Origin: Gordius albopunctatus
Taxonomy: Eukaryota
DNA: 64,000 nt
Assembly (NCBI GenBank): GCA_964276515.1
Contig: OZ193909.1
Location: forward strand, 5,394,001-5,458,000
Direction of reading: 5' to 3'
Shown: in pieces, positions 23,734 to 38,987 of the stretch
How the letters are laid out: each line of letters opens with the position of its first letter
Position numbering within the stretch: the first letter of the stretch is position 1
The notes under the pieces: model-generated
The model's database searches: none
The model's input: only the letters and a program-made list of their open reading frames with translations
Told to the model about the DNA's origin: nothing
Translations under genes and position numbers: made by a program

Positions 23734-26700
23734 CTTATTAATGACATGAAACCGTTTTCGACATTTTTCCCCGTTTTGGCACTCATGATCCAAAATGCCG
23801 CGTCGTGTTCCTGCGTCAATGTGGGCAATATTTTTAAATGACGAATTATTTTACTAATTTTTCTCTTTGAGGAAGAGTTACTTGCTATAAATATTTTTAC
23901 ACGCCATAATTTTTAAGTACGCTTAGTTTTTAAAAATAAAATAATTGCATGTTAATCTTCCCTCTAATAATCTCCCTAAGAATTTCTTACGAATTTAAAT
24001 GAACAGGACATTCCTTTTGAATGAATTACGAATTATAATATACTTATTTGATTAAGACTCGTAAATCAAGTTTTCTTTAATCACAAAAATATGCAAAAGT
24101 GTTAATTGATTTTAATAAGAACCATTACTATGATACGACTTATCGATAATATTAGTTAGGGTATGAAAGAAGGGGCAGCTGCCCGCCCCCATCCCAAATT
24201 CAAAAAAACTTATATATTTAATGAAATGAAATGATAGCTAAATTTTCCATTAATGTTAATTGCCCCTCCCTAATTCATAATAGTAAATATTTATTGGAAA
24301 ACTTCAAATGAGTTACATTAGCAATATCTAATGCCGTTTTATTTAGTCCGACAGCCGATTTTTCTCGAGGAACTAGATCGCACTTGTTCGCACAAACCAC
24401 TATTGATATATCCTTTTTGTTTGCCGTTTCCTTGCAAAAAGACACGAAACAAAAAATCAGATTTTGCGGACAAAAAAACGTGCGAAATTGTTAAATGCTT
24501 TCCCAAGAAATGTCTGTTAATTGTAAGCATGTTGATAATTTTAATTTTGTTGTAACCCCGATTCTCAATACTTAATTTCATGGGCATTACAGCTTATGGA
24601 ACTACCAAAAATTGTATGTATTTAGGGAAATTTGGGTTAAAAGTTAAACAATTGTAATTTTTTCCGTGGATTAATTACCAAACATTTTGCACCCTTTATT
24701 TCAAATCCTAGCTAAGACCATGCTTGGATCAAAACAGATTTCTAAAACTCAACCACATGTGACGAACCTAAGTATAATAATGCTCGATATGTGCCTCCAT
24801 TCAAATATGTAATCACAATTTGTAAAAGATTATGGGATGCATTAAAAATTGGATTTTTTATTTTTAAAAATATTACCTTGATGGTATCTAACCAATATCG
24901 AATGTTTACTAAAGAATCTTCTTGGGTACTGTCGTATACAAGCATGATGCCATCGGCTCTCCTAAAGTAAGATTTTGTGAGACTTCGAAACCTGTCAAGT
25001 TACATATACATAATGGGGCGTGAAAGGGTTTCTTTCAGAGAGGGTTAAAGATCTCACTGCATTTAAAACATTCCTATCGCAAAGCTCAATGAAAAAATCC
25101 AAATTTTCTTAATTAAATCCTGATTAGTGAGTTGGCAGTGTTCAATTATTTTTCTTAAAGTTAAAGATGTGTTGTTAAAATTTGAAAATAATTTGTAAAG
25201 TTAGCTATTATAACTCTATTTTGTCGAATAACGGTTCTTTTCTCGTACATATATGGGTGATGATAGTATACCTTTCTTGTCCCACGGTGTCCCATATTTT
25301 CAGCGTTACTTTTAGGCCTTCGAAAAGCACGGTTTTGGTATGGCAGTCGATGCCTGCCCAACAATATGTATGTAATACGTTGTAAATTCTTTGATGTTGG
25401 TTAATCAATATTTTTGGTCAAAATTAATTATATCGCGAAATACAAATGTGCCACCTAGAACGATAGATAGCAATGACAAATAAAACAGCTTCATTAATTA
25501 TTAATTAAGCCGTTTTTAATTAAAATATCCCATCGGCTCAGATGCACGTTACAAAAATCTGAAGATTTTACGTTGTACGAACTATGCATTCAAGATGCCG
25601 TATTATCCCTAAATTTTAGGCGAAATAATGAATTGAGGTCAAGTTACATGGCATCAAACTTAATTAAAGCAAGGCTTCATTTAATGTTGCCATTTTCTAG
25701 TGTATTTATTGGTGGCTATTAGTATTTCATTGTTAAAAGGGCTTAACATTTTAAATAATATCCATATATTTGATACAATCGCTTTAAAATTAATTATTCA
25801 TTTTGAAAATGATCCTTTTTTATATTTTAAATGTGACAAAATGTTTATTTTAAGTTACCCAATGTTGTGTGCGTGTCGGGGTCAAAATAATTTTGGCAAA
25901 ATTGAACGAGAATAGACGTTTTGCCAACAGAAGTATCACCGGCCAAAATAACGTTGAATATACGATCTGACGCCTTATAGTAGATAATATATGCTTTAAT
26001 TTTTTAAAAATTTTATTAGATATAAAAGCAAATGTGTTTTTAATCCTATCTAAATTGTCTTGGTTTTGCATAAATTTTAAGAATTGAACAAATATAAGGT
26101 ATTCGTATTTTATTTACTATACTCCAAAATTTATTCACCAATATGTTAACTTTAATAAATTAATTTGTATAAATTCCCTTTATTGCTTAGTCTTAATACA
26201 GGATGTCAAGTTACAAATTATTTTTCAAAACTTAAAATGATTAAATTTATTCCGTATTTTCACTGAAACAATTAATTTGAGAATTCAGAAAATTCATTCC
26301 GCTCAATGTTTTTCCTCCAAAACATTATGTCAATATTTGATGCTCTACTTAATTTCACTTAAAAGTCTATATCAGTATAGGCATAGGCCCAATTTTATCA
26401 ATGTTAACCAATTCAAAAACGAAAAAAAAATTTCGAATCACATTTTGGCCAATGGTTATTTTTTTCATTGCTCAGTAGCCAGAACACGGTCAAAAATTCA
26501 TATTATCATTGATATTAACAAGAACAATATATTAATTTAATTTTAAAAATATAAAAATTTTGCCCTCTCCGGGATTCGAACCAGCAATTCAGAACTTTCG
26601 CCGGGATTCGAACCCACATTAATAGAGGCATATGCTTTTGTAGGGGCACAGGGACCCATATCAGTAGAGGCATAGGCCCTTGTAGAGGGGGGCATGGGAT

Positions 26701-29700
26701 AATTATCAATGTTACCCAATTCAAAAACGAAAAAAAAATTCGATTTATTTGGCCAATGGTCATTTTTTTATTGGTCATCAACCAGCGGACGGTCAAAAAG
26801 TCATATTATCCATGGTATTTACAAGAAAAAAATATTAATTTAATTTAAAAAAAATAAAAAATTTTTTGTCCTCTCCCGGGATTGAACACGAACCTCCAGG
26901 TCGGGAAGCTGGTGTAAATAAATTGAAGGGTAACGGACGGACGGACGGACACCAAAAAACGAGCCCATAAATTGCATAGCAATTAATAATTAAGGATCCG
27001 TTATTACTTTTGTGTTTCGGTAATCCAAGGTTTCGTTTGAATCTTGTTTAACCTTCATTTGGCTAAGTCTTTTGGAAGTTTCGAAATTGGTTTGCGGGGT
27101 TTGAGTGACTGAATCACGCCTCCCCTCGATCCTATCATTTGGGGTCACGGGAGTTATTGTGGAAGAAGATCTCATTTTGGTGCGGTCGCTCCCCCCTTCA
27201 TTTTGGGGCGCATGAGCTGAGCTTGAGGATCTAATTCTCTTCAATGACATAAACGCATATTTTTTAAAATAAAAATACAGGATGTTTGTAATAAAAACTG
27301 TTGAATGCATCCATGTGGGTGATTTCTTAAATCATAAAGCGACGTGAATTCTATTATAATCATAATCGTGTGAAGCTGTTTTGAATTTAGTAATTTTTTC
27401 TTTGCTTTGTCTCTTGTATTAAACTCTCTAATTGTGTTAAACTGTTTATAATTTATCTCAGATGGTAATAACCTTTTTTTACTTTTATTTTAAATTCAAA
27501 GGTGTATATAGCGCCATCAGGTCGGGTTCGATTAAGTGTTTAAAAATATTTTAGAACTTTGTTAAATAAGTCCTGTTTATAGTGCAAAATGTTAAAATTG
27601 CAGTAGTATTAAAATTCATTTCCATATCGACCTAAATTATATAAAATAATTAATAATGATTTGTTATTGCAATATAAAATATGAAATATTAAACAGTAAT
27701 ATTTTTTTTCTTTTTTTTGTGTGTTAAAATTCGAAAAATATAAGAGCGGGAATAAAACAAAATAAAATATAATTAAAAAGCGTCGCATGTATCATCTAAT
27801 AAAAGTGGCCAGCTGTCAACCAGGGATTTAAAATTGTACTTTGCTATTAAAATACCAATTTTTTGTTTAAGTAAATATTTGTGGAATATTTAGAGGGCGG
27901 GCAGCGACGGTTGATATCTTTAAAAAGCTTGATGGCCCCAGGACCAAAAGTCCCAGAACATGAGGCAACGATAGGGGTAAAGATATTAGAGGGTAGGAGG
28001 GCCTGGTATTTTACCGTTTTGCGGTGTTCGGCGAGGGTCAGAGAGTTGTAGTTCTGGTTAGAGGGGGCGAAAATGTCTATGCAGGTGAAATCCCATTTAA
28101 GGGGTAGACCATTTAGCCAAGGGATGAGGGTAGAGCCGTCTGGTCGCATCCTTCCCTCTAACGAAGGGTCAGACGGCTCTAAAACGGACTGGATATTGGC
28201 TTTTTTAAGAGCGGCTTGGATAAGGCTATTCACCTTTTTGTGCCTTGTGTATTTAATTTTATTGTAAAGGCAGTGTAGGGGGTGCCTTGCATAAATGTCT
28301 ACGTTCTGGGAGCAGTTGCGGCAAGAATATTCCTTTGAATAGGGAATTCCTAGTCTGAGGGCGATGGAGTATGCAAGCTCTGGGTCCTCCAACATCAGTC
28401 CAGAAAGTGAACTAGGATAAGCTTCTAGCCACTCGTGACCCGATCCGTCAAAAACCAAAGATTTAAGGTTGAAGTGCTGGCGGGCGTCGCAACTCGATAG
28501 GAGGTAATCAACGGAGCGCGATACGAGGCCAGCATCCCAATAAATTTTGACTCGATTTTAAAATCATAGATTTATCTTTCGATACTCCTTTACATGCGTG
28601 ATTGACAAAAAAATGGTATACAAAACCATTTTTACATTTATTCAACCGTTAACTCTTTTGTATCAATGTCAGGCCAGAAATATGATAAAAATGTGATTTT
28701 AAAAGTAATTTTTATTTTTTGTTCGATGAGTTATCAGCATTATAAGTTTGGATCCACAAATTTATCTTTTTTAATATACTCTAGTTTCATATGAAAATAT
28801 TAATTTGAATAAGTGAAAAAGGGGGCCTTGACTTTTAATTTAATGTCGCGTAGTTTGTTAATTTTAAAGTGTATTATCTTAAGTAAATTAATTGTATTTG
28901 AACAAAAACGTTTTAAGTACTATATTTAGTTAACTAATTTAAAAGTTTTATAATAATTTTTGATACATATTAAGAAGCTATTATAATTATCAGAATTGTC
29001 GGGAAATTTAAATAAAAAGGGCAAAGGGAGGAGAAACACAATTTCCCCCTTCTCAAAATTTTGTTTAAGATTTGTAAACCTAATCGATTAGCCTGTCTCT
29101 ATAATAAATTAGCACGGCCCTTCAACCCTAATGGACATAATTTAAATGAAATGTGTAAGCAAAAAATCACTCGTGTGTTGGCCGGTGGTGACAAAGTAAA
29201 ATTGGATCTTTCCAATTCCTTATTGCGGGAATTGTTTCGTAGGGACTTTTCATCGCTTTTCTCCCCTTCCGTTTTGTGGGAGTTGTCTAAGCTGTGCAAC
29301 GACACTATACTCAGTTTTCCGGCCAAATCTTTACATTCTTTAGCTTTTCTAAAGCACACGAAAAGATATTTTAAGAACGCATATATTCCGCCATGTTTAA
29401 GGCATATATTAGCAAAATAACGCTATTCATGAAAAGATAAACCTTTAATGTTCTAATCATTCCATTCTATTGCACAAGCGCGCATATTGAAAAGATCTCA
29501 CCCTAGCTAGACTGGCGGCATAAATTATTTAATAAATTTTGATGCAAAAATCAGCTGTTAACCAGACTTTTATTTTATTATTCCATGATAAACAAATTCT
29601 AGGTATGATGTATAAAACCTTGCCCAAACCGCAACCCAAAATGACAATAATTTTCTTGAAGGGCAAATTTTTGTTTTAAATTTCTTTTAAATGGTTGTTA

Positions 29701-32700
29701 TTGTTAATAATTCATTTCGTGTTTTTGGCATGCGTCCGTCATGACTTATTAAAATTTCCCAATCTTATAAAGCATAGGGCCAATTGACGGGGTCGTTCGG
29801 GTTGCTTAAATAACTAGATTTTTTATTTATTCACCTGTAGGCCAAATGGGAAGCCAAGTTATATTGATGTTTGAAATAAAATCAATAATATAAAGAGCTG
29901 ATTTATTTGTGATTATATTAAATAGCTTTCAATTAGTTATTAAACCATTAGTTGTTCCAAAGCAATGAAGTCGTTATATTTTAATATGACAACACTTGAA
30001 AGCATATTATATTATACTAGTGGCCGGTTCCATTTAATTATATTTTTAACATTTATAAAATGATACATGGGAAAAATACAGGTTTTATATAAGTTTTTAT
30101 TTTTTGAAATAGTGGTATGTGACTGTTTGTTGACTATACCCTAATTTATTTAAATTAATACCTGGAAATTAAGGTCGAGGTTTTATGTAATTAAGTTATT
30201 ATTTTTCAAGAAACATTTGTGTTTTTTAAAATAAAATTGTGCCTTATTTTTCTTTAAATATATGATAAATTTTGAGAATATCCCTTGATATCGATTTAAA
30301 AACATGTCTATGTATTCATGGGCGTAGCCAGGATTAGAGGTGGGCCAAAATGAAGGGTTTAGAAAGGAAGTGTTGGAATCTTAATATACAATAATTTTTG
30401 CAATTATGGGCAAGAGGTTATCCCTCGGCTAGGCGCAGGTATAATGAAATTAATGCGAACTCTTTGTAGAGATTTGAGTATTTTTCCAAGTCCGATTTTT
30501 TGTTTCGATAATCGAGAAGGATGGTATAAAAGATCTCTTCGAACAAGTGCTTAGCCTCCGTCACTGATGGACTAGTCGAAGAGGCCTCCGCATTTTTCTT
30601 CGATCTTCGTTCGAAGCCGGGTGACGAAATTATTTCGTACAGGCGATATATTTCGCTCTCGCTATCGTTGACCAATAAATAAAATATGAAATGGTCGTTG
30701 AATTGCACAAATTCAGACAAAATTATGAGATATTTTGCAATACCACCGATAACTTATCAATCAGAGTTTCCTTATTAAAGCGATTTTAAATTTCACCAAA
30801 CAGGCCATTGCGAATGGTCTAAAATCGTAATTATTTTTGATTAAAATGTTTAAATTTTGTTGACATTTTGAATTTTTCAAGAAATCCCTCTTATTAGATT
30901 TTAAAAAACGTACTGATAGGCGGAAAATAGTAATTCAATTGTACTTTCCTTCTATTTTATACAAATATAATATTTTGTTAGAATTAAAAAAAATATATAT
31001 ATTATCTATCTTTGGTTTTTGTTTAAATGTAATTAAATGAATATTTGAATTACTAATCTTTAGCAACAATTTCGCCCTAAAGTTAAGAATTTTAATTTTT
31101 TTTAAACATTTCTATAAGCCTTACTCCACTCTATAAGCCTCAAATATTTCGAGGTCGGGTTTTATAACCGATGTTATTTACTTATGATTTTATGATTAAC
31201 GAGTCTAAAAATTATATATAAAAGAGCACCCTTGATGTGTTATTAATTCCTCAGTTTACATGGGATTCAATTGATTTAAAATCCACAAGATATATAATAA
31301 AATTTACCAAGGCATTTCGCTGAGCGTTTCGGTAAAAATCCTTTTTTGATCTTCGATGACCCGCAGTTCATCTATAGTGGTCTGATCAGTTGGTCCGGCT
31401 TGTTGCAAACTCGGTCTTCGGGTGGCAGTATCCAGAGCATACCTTAACTCTTCATCGTCCATCTCATTCTCCTCATCCTCGGCTATGACTTCGTCTTTAG
31501 GCTCTAAATTGCTCCACACCCCGGCATTAATATCCCCCTTTGTTGGCCGACCTCCCGCTTTCATATTACGAAAACGCGATTTTCTATAGGCTGTTGAATG
31601 GGCGTTAGACCTGAGAAACCGTAAAATATCGCGTTGGTAAATGGTTAATACAAAATTAAGTTGTATAAACAATTTCTAAATTGAAATTTCTTTACACGAT
31701 ATTCTAAATTCTTTGATTGTCTTTTGGTTAGTTCTGAGTGATAAAGTCAAAAATTCATTCAGGTCCAAGGCTAAAATTAAAGAGACTTATTGGCAAACTG
31801 GAAGGTAACAACCAAATTCTTTACTCATACTTTGTTAGAGTATAGAGTTTCGTATAAAATTTAGTTTAGGACTAGAGCCAATAAAAAACTAGTCAGAGTA
31901 GTTTTTTGTCGTTTTAGCCGTTCGCTAACCCTTAGACAGAAGAAATGAGTTAGGAGGAAGATTGATTTATAATAATATCATGAATGTGCTTAAAGGATTT
32001 CCTTCAGACAATTTTGGGGAGAGGTATCTCGCCATCCGAAACAAAACTCGCATCCCCATGTTTATTTATAATTTTAAAGGTGAAACATGGCTGATTTTAC
32101 AGAATTATACTTTAAAGGATTTCCCTTAATGCCAGGAACCCGATTAAAGAATGTTTTTGCGACAGTTTATATTTTATGTGGATACAATTATATTATCTTG
32201 GCAATGCCTAACTTCAGGCTTTACTTTTTATTTCTAAAAAAACATAGGAAATTGCCGATTTAAATAATTATTATAAATATCTTGCTACTGCTAGCCCTCA
32301 AATACTAAAATTAATAATTTTAAGTGGTAGACTAAGGAAAAATAACATATTGACATCACTTGATGGGTCTATATAGCCTCCGATTTATTTATATATCATA
32401 CCTGTCACTTCCCGTCGGTGAAGGGGAAATGTTATCCGGAGCCCGAGGGGCAAATATTTTTTCGCTGGCCGCTTTTCTTACTATATGACTGGCATCGCTA
32501 GCACTTCTGACCCTACACTCAGTGGAATCAACAGTGTCCCTTGGGGAATTTGTTGGCGCAGCTAGGGATTTCTGTCTGTTTCCGGAATTTAACGAACCCG
32601 AGTCAACACGTGACAATGACGAGGGAGAGGGAGAGGGAGAAGAGGAGAGTAAAATCTCTCGCTCGGCATAGGCTGACGCAAATTCGTCCAAACTTATTAC

Positions 32701-32883
32701 CCCGTCTCGATTTTTGTCCACGTGTCCGTATATGTCTTCGATGTCGCGTGGCGAAAGGTCTGGAAAGGATGTGGCCAAATCTTCCCGTTCTATGAATCCA
32801 CTACGGTTCGCGTCACACTTGCGAAACATCGCCACGATCCTGTTGTCCTCCGAGCCCTGCTTTGGTGCCGCTGGGAAAGACAT
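23734..32883 (-). CDS. RASEF: EF-hand + coiled-coil + Rab GTPase (RASEF/Rab45 - CRACR2A/Rab46 family), ~620-635 aa. Exons (minus): 32883-32402, 31610-31308, 30661-30461, 29348-29171, 27238-27008 (or -27053), 25973-25859, 25353-25272, 24991-24877, 24430-24317, 23810-23734; terminal exon unresolved
   Basis: Two EF-hands ([26 protein letters not shown]); Rab motifs G1 GDTSVGKT, G3 [23 protein letters not shown]4 NKCD, G5 SAK; GT-AG junctions with consistent phases across all ten exons. Confidence 0.88.
26370..26990 (+). mobile_element. Helentron-associated (DINE-1/HINE-like) non-autonomous element with an internal ~310-bp tandem duplication
   Basis: 26390-26583 resembles 26700-26895; (GGAC)n microsatellite at ~26933-26950; terminal palindrome AATTGCATAGCAATT. 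Confidence 0.5.
27700..28540 (-). mobile_element. 5'-truncated CRE-clade LINE in a RASEF intron
   Basis: ORF 27847-28458: [42 protein letters not shown]-rich tail ~27700-27720. Confidence 0.9.
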
Positions 32884-35800
32884 CCAACCACTGGGGGTAA
32901 TGTGAATATTTTGGAAAATGGATATACAAATTTTAGGGATTCAGTTGATTGGATATAGGTCCTCTTAAGACTTTATGAATTGCTTTCGTGTGGCAAAATT
33001 GACGGGATGTCATGCTCTCTAAACCGATTCCAAAGTAAAACTAGAACGCTTTGTGGTGCAACTAATTGATGGGTGCATTGGAATTTTCATATGCGATTTA
33101 TGATAATAACATGCAGCTTTAAGAGCTTTTTTTAGTTATGAAGTCTATCGCCCTAAGGAGTAAATCATATAGTTTTAGCACCTTATACCCGATAATTTTT
33201 TAGGGTCTCGCCAAATTATAGACGAACTTATTGCTCCCGATGAGGCTTCGTTACCGTCTAACCTTGGCGGGGGCTTGGCTTTATGACTGTGTGATATGTC
33301 GCGCGAAAGGTCAAATTAATATATCTGACAGGTTGCGTTGTGTCGCGATGCGATACATCTAATGCGCAGCCATTAACGCTAGATTCCGAAAAAAAAGTTG
33401 GAATAGCGGATTATTTTAACATCCGCGTCGAGTAAGGCGGTGTTTCTTTATACAAGACCCAATCCTGACATATGTATAATAAACCTTAGGTTATGTATGT
33501 ATGAGTATAATTAATCGATAATAAATAGGTAAAACCCCCTCATAACCGCTATCCACCCACAACCCTATTTGCCCCTCATCACTTCTCTTTTACGTATTCA
33601 GGTATGGGAGGCAGGGGTCGTTTAAACAGAAGAATCGCACAAAATTTCCCAAACCTTACAATTTTGGGTCATCTCTTTATTCATTCTTTGTCGCGAATGG
33701 TCGGTGTAGGTAAATGGGACTTGGGGCCGCCAATTTTAGGGCAATTATAATTTAATTAAGACATATAGGAGCCTCTCAGACCGATCCTTCCCTTCCTCTG
33801 TTGCTTAATGTCGCTTTTAAAAATGATACTGGGGGCCTGTTAATTACGGGTTGCAATGAAGGCTCTATACACCTCTTCTCATAAGATAATGCTCTTACTT
33901 ATTTAAAAATATTTTAAGCGTAAATGAGCAAAAATTTTGCCTTTCTATGAAATAATAATCAATCGAGACCTTAAGAATACCGTTAGGAGACGGTGAATAG
34001 CAAATTAAAAACAATTTTTTTAAGTCAATAATAGCTTAGCCCATTTTAGATGTTTTTGATTTGAAGTTTTTTTAAATTAATATGTCCTCTTTTATTCGCC
34101 TTATGTTCATATTTTTTATTATTTATATAACTTTGTGAGTAAATATTTTAATCGTTCCCCCAACCCTTTTACATCGTAATTCTTTTTTGCCCTTGTTCTA
34201 GATATCTATACAATGATTGTTTCGCGTACGCCTAACAAGTATGTGATTGTCCTAAAACGTTATTTAATCGAAATCAGGGCAAGAAATCTGCATTATGATA
34301 AAAAGGTTATTATTTTGACTATCATTTAAACATGGGCTTAGTCAGGGTGAGGCATTGAGGGGCGGGTGCCCCCCTCTAAATTCAAACATTCTTTATAATT
34401 TGATATAATTATAGGTAAAATTTCAAAAAATTGCTCCTCCCAAAATCATTATTGGCCCCCCTCCCCTCTATTTCCAATTTTGGCTACATCCATGAATTCA
34501 GACTCCCTAACTTAGGAGTTCTTTGATATTTAAAGGACATATAAACTTTTTATTTTGCTCTAGTTATGTGATTTTTTATTAAAAATTAAGAACAGTTTCT
34601 GAGTTGGCCAGTTTTGTAAAAAAAAGTTCCTCTTAATCTATGAATTGAACATTGGTTTTGAATGAAAAATTAAGACGTTTTTATTTTTAACGTTTTTAAA
34701 ATGGATGGAGCTTCTCGACTTATAACTTAATATAAGTAGGATTAAATTTATGGAAAAGCACTTTGGCCATCATCTCACGCACCCATCATTTGTGGCAGCC
34801 TAGCTAGAATTTTTATCATTAACCTCGAAAGCGGAAAGCTTTTTGGACAAAGTTATATAGGTATCGGGATGTTATTATGCGAAAGTGTGAAGCTTCAAAC
34901 ACCTGTTTAAATATTGAAAAGTTATTGATGGTGTATAGCAGCATTTCACTTTTAGATTAACAACCCCTCATGTATGTAGTATTTAGGAAGTACGATAAAT
35001 TACTATTAACAAATCACAATGTTGTGAAGCTTATTAGGAATAAGTCAGATATAAGAAAATACCTTAAAATATAGCGTTTTTAAAATCCCCCCCAAATTAT
35101 TTAAATGTTTAAGAACGATGTGTGTACTTATTATTAATGAGTATAAACGCTTTATTGAACACATTTTAAAATTTAGAAACATAACTCGCCCCTAAAGTTT
35201 GTACGAAAAAGTTGCTTAAGTGTCAACGCAGGGCACTTGTCAGCTATCAACCTACTTAATAAACAATATTATTTTAATATCAATTATTGGTTTCGCAAGT
35301 ATATCGTCCAACTACACTAGTGTGGTTTTAAGGAATACTTCGAATCGAATAGGACATTAAAAACATGCTTTCTCGGAAGGATATTTTTAATCATAGCATT
35401 CCCTAGAGGAGATAATTAAATGTCTCAGGAGGGATATTTAATTGGGATATTAAAATAATTCTTGTGAATCGATTTTCACCCCTAAGACTTTTAAATCTTA
35501 ACATCACGATTAAAAAAACCTCAACATCTTCTGCCGCCATAAAGTTTTTAGATTGCCGGAAAATTAAAACTTTACTCGATAAATTTGAATTTTTAAAAAA
35601 TATATAAACAAAAATAAGTTTTAATCAGTTAAGATCAAGTGTTAATGATAATTAGCGTCTCCCAAAAATGCCTTCCTGCGTGACAGATTTTGTAGTCGAT
35701 GTGGAGCTAATTACGAGTTAATGGACGAGGGAAGGTGATTGATTAATTCATTACAAGTCTACATTTAAATTGTCAAAATTTTAGCCTTCATAAAGACAAA

Positions 35801-38800
35801 ATAACCCCTGTCCTCTGTCTCTCAACTCAATACAAAGGTAATTTCAGGGCCATTTTGTTGAAGCATAATTTTAAAAAACATCGGGTATTATTGAATTTTA
35901 AATACTGCATTTTAATGGGCTTGGCGGGACCAGGCAACCAATTTTTGTTAACTTTTATTCATAGTTATTATAACACAATTTTTTATGTCCTTACGGTAAG
36001 AATTGTCGCTTAAACTTTAAGTCTAAATCTCAAATATACTGGAAAATGGCTCAAACATTTTAGTTATTTTATTTTAATAGCATTTTAAACTTAAATAATA
36101 ATTTTTTTTATTTTCTCTATAACCTTGACCGTTGTTATCATCTAATAACCCTCCGTTGGTTTTATAGGATTCTGATCCATGATGATCCAAAACATAATTC
36201 AAAGTCATAAAGGTAAAGATACTAGGTTTAGAGATCTGAAATTTTAATTCAATAGCTTAACAAATTATACCCTAGGATATCTGTATAGTGTGTAAGTATA
36301 TATTTGAGGATATATTACGAGATATAGGCATTTTTGGAGACTTGAATCATAATGTCCCACTAAAATCAGTCGTAGAACTTAAAAAAATATAAATTTTAAC
36401 TGTCTAAACGTCAACTTTTACAAACCTTTTACACTTATTTTTAACATTCCACAATGCTTCCTGCTTATAAGCGTCCTATGGTGATTAATAAACATACATA
36501 TTTTTATCAATTTCCGTAAAGTTATATTGATTTTTATGACGGATAAATTTTTTCACTTATTCACTTAATAGATAGGAAAAAGAATTAGATTCGATACCTT
36601 CTACTATGATGATTTTAAATTTTTTCTGGTAAATTTTGACTTTACAATTTTTTATTATTTTAAGGATTATTCTAAGCTACAAATACAAAAAAAAATTGAA
36701 GAATTTTTATGTATATAAAATAAACATTATGATGATTTTATCTCTTGAAATAGGTTAACATCGAAAAAAGGGGACTATCAACGATAAAATTAAAAGATCA
36801 AATTTAAGTAGTTAATAAATAGTAAATACAAAATTCAAATTTATATCGCCAGTAGATTAAGTTTTTACAATTAATACATCTATGACGTCTATTAAAAAAA
36901 TTCATTGATCATTTTTGCGGCTTCAGATTTGTCCTATAATTTAATAATTTTTATAATAAATAATGCCAACCTTTTATATTAGAAAATTTCATTGCTTTCG
37001 ATAGAGCAGATATTATATTGACCAGTGATACGATCCGTGGTAAAATTTTTTAAATAGGTCCTAAATAATTAAAGGGTTGCTAAAGCGCTACCTGCCTCTT
37101 TATTAATTTCAATTAAAATAAGCGATTTACATTCAAATAATCATTTTTTGAAATCTTAATAATTTTAATAAATTTTAACAAAAATTTGAATTTAGAGGGG
37201 GGCAGCCGCCCCTCCTTGCCCCCTCCCCCCCCGGCTACGCCCATGATTTGGAGCCTTAATTTATTTAGACAATAATGTTAATATAAAAGGGACTCTTCTC
37301 CCAAATTTACAAAAGGTGGTATAATCGGTGTAAAATTGTAATCTATAAATTTTATTGTGAGAAGACCTTGCTTAAATTCTAAATTATCCTGACCTTATTT
37401 AATTGACACGCACCTTGCTTAAAATTTAATAGTTGAAATGAATATTGAAATTTTTTAATTTGCTAGAAAAGTGTTAATTTACCCATTATTGATGTTTCGA
37501 TCGCGTGTAATAAATTTTTCATTAAATCGGTGATGTGATGATATGATTACATGTCCTAGTCCAATAAGAGTTACAGTTATAATTATTATTTTGCCTGCGC
37601 TTGACAGTAATGAAATTATAAAGGCGAAAATCGACACCTATAACATAATTGCCGATCTATTAATTACAACTCCAAAAGGAGAATCTTATGTAGTTTTAGA
37701 AATATTAATTCATTATTATATCTCGGACATAAATTACAAAAATGGCATTATTATTGTATTTGGAAAGATTTGTGCCAAAATTTCCATTATTTATCGAGTG
37801 TTGTCGTAGTAGTTAATTTACATTAAATGCTGCAATCGGCTTCTACGCGCGGTGGGCTAGGTGTAGGCCGGGTCCAGTCACGAAAGTGGGTTGGTGTTAA
37901 TAATTTATTCATGAGCCCGCATGGCCTCAGTACTTAGCTGGATAATCAATTTACATCTACCCCTCCCCAATAAATCAATGGAAGGGGGACCTCCTGTTGC
38001 GACTTTCAACACTATCGACACCACCCATCAATCTAAAGCATTGAATGAATTTATTTTGTTCTATTACACGCATAGGCTTGGCCAGGAGCCAAGGGGGAGG
38101 GCAGGGAGGGGCGACTGCCCCCTTTTTAATCCAAAAATTTGCTAAAATTTCAAAAAAAACCATCATTTTTCCCCTCCCTAAATCATTATTGCCCCCCTAA
38201 TTCCTATGCTGGCTTCGCCTATGATTTAACGCATGACAATTGGTTTAATTAATGGCATGCTGTCTTTGAGGAAAGCCAAATAAAAAGGTGTAGGCTGTAT
38301 TTTTATCATATTTTGACCAGAATGGCGTAAAACCATAAGACAGAGGAAGTTGCTTAAAATTATATTTAACAGTCAATTTTTGCATTTAATCCATATTTAA
38401 TTTGTTTTGATTAGCCTAGCCTATTCATCCTCCTTGATTTGGAAAAGGAAATTAAAATTTTTTATCGTGATTAATTTTGAATCTATTTTCTCCAAAAAAT
38501 CAATAATCACTTAATAATTCCGTTTTTATGGTTAATTACTTAAATCAATTTCTTAAATTAAACTTATAAAATTTTGAGGGGAAATATTGTATATTTCATT
38601 TAGCTTTGATGTTTTCCATATAGCCAAATCCTTCTACCTTAATTGAAATTATTTTTTGCACGTTTCTATATTTGGCTTTAAGGTTTTAATTCACTAATAG
38701 AGCAAAATTAATGCTCAAAAATTAGCTAGCATTGCAATTAAAGGGGGGCAATAATGATTTAGGGAGGGGCAAGATGAACATTTTTTCTAATTTTAGCCAT

Positions 38801-38987
38801 AATTTTAATGAATTTCAACAAATTTTTAGATCTAAAGGGGGCAGCCACCCTCCCTGCCCCCCCCCCTCCCTCGGCTACGCCCATGTGCCAGAATTAAGCA
38901 CATTTTAGTTATGTTTTTAGCCTCAAGACTGAAATACATATATTTACTATTCTCAAAGTTTTCTCAAAGCGAGAATTATCTAATATT

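Noticed and set aside
33236..33310. Hammerhead-like CCGATGAG...CGAAAG
   Set aside because: Core is CCGATGA not CTGATGA, and no stems I-III could be paired
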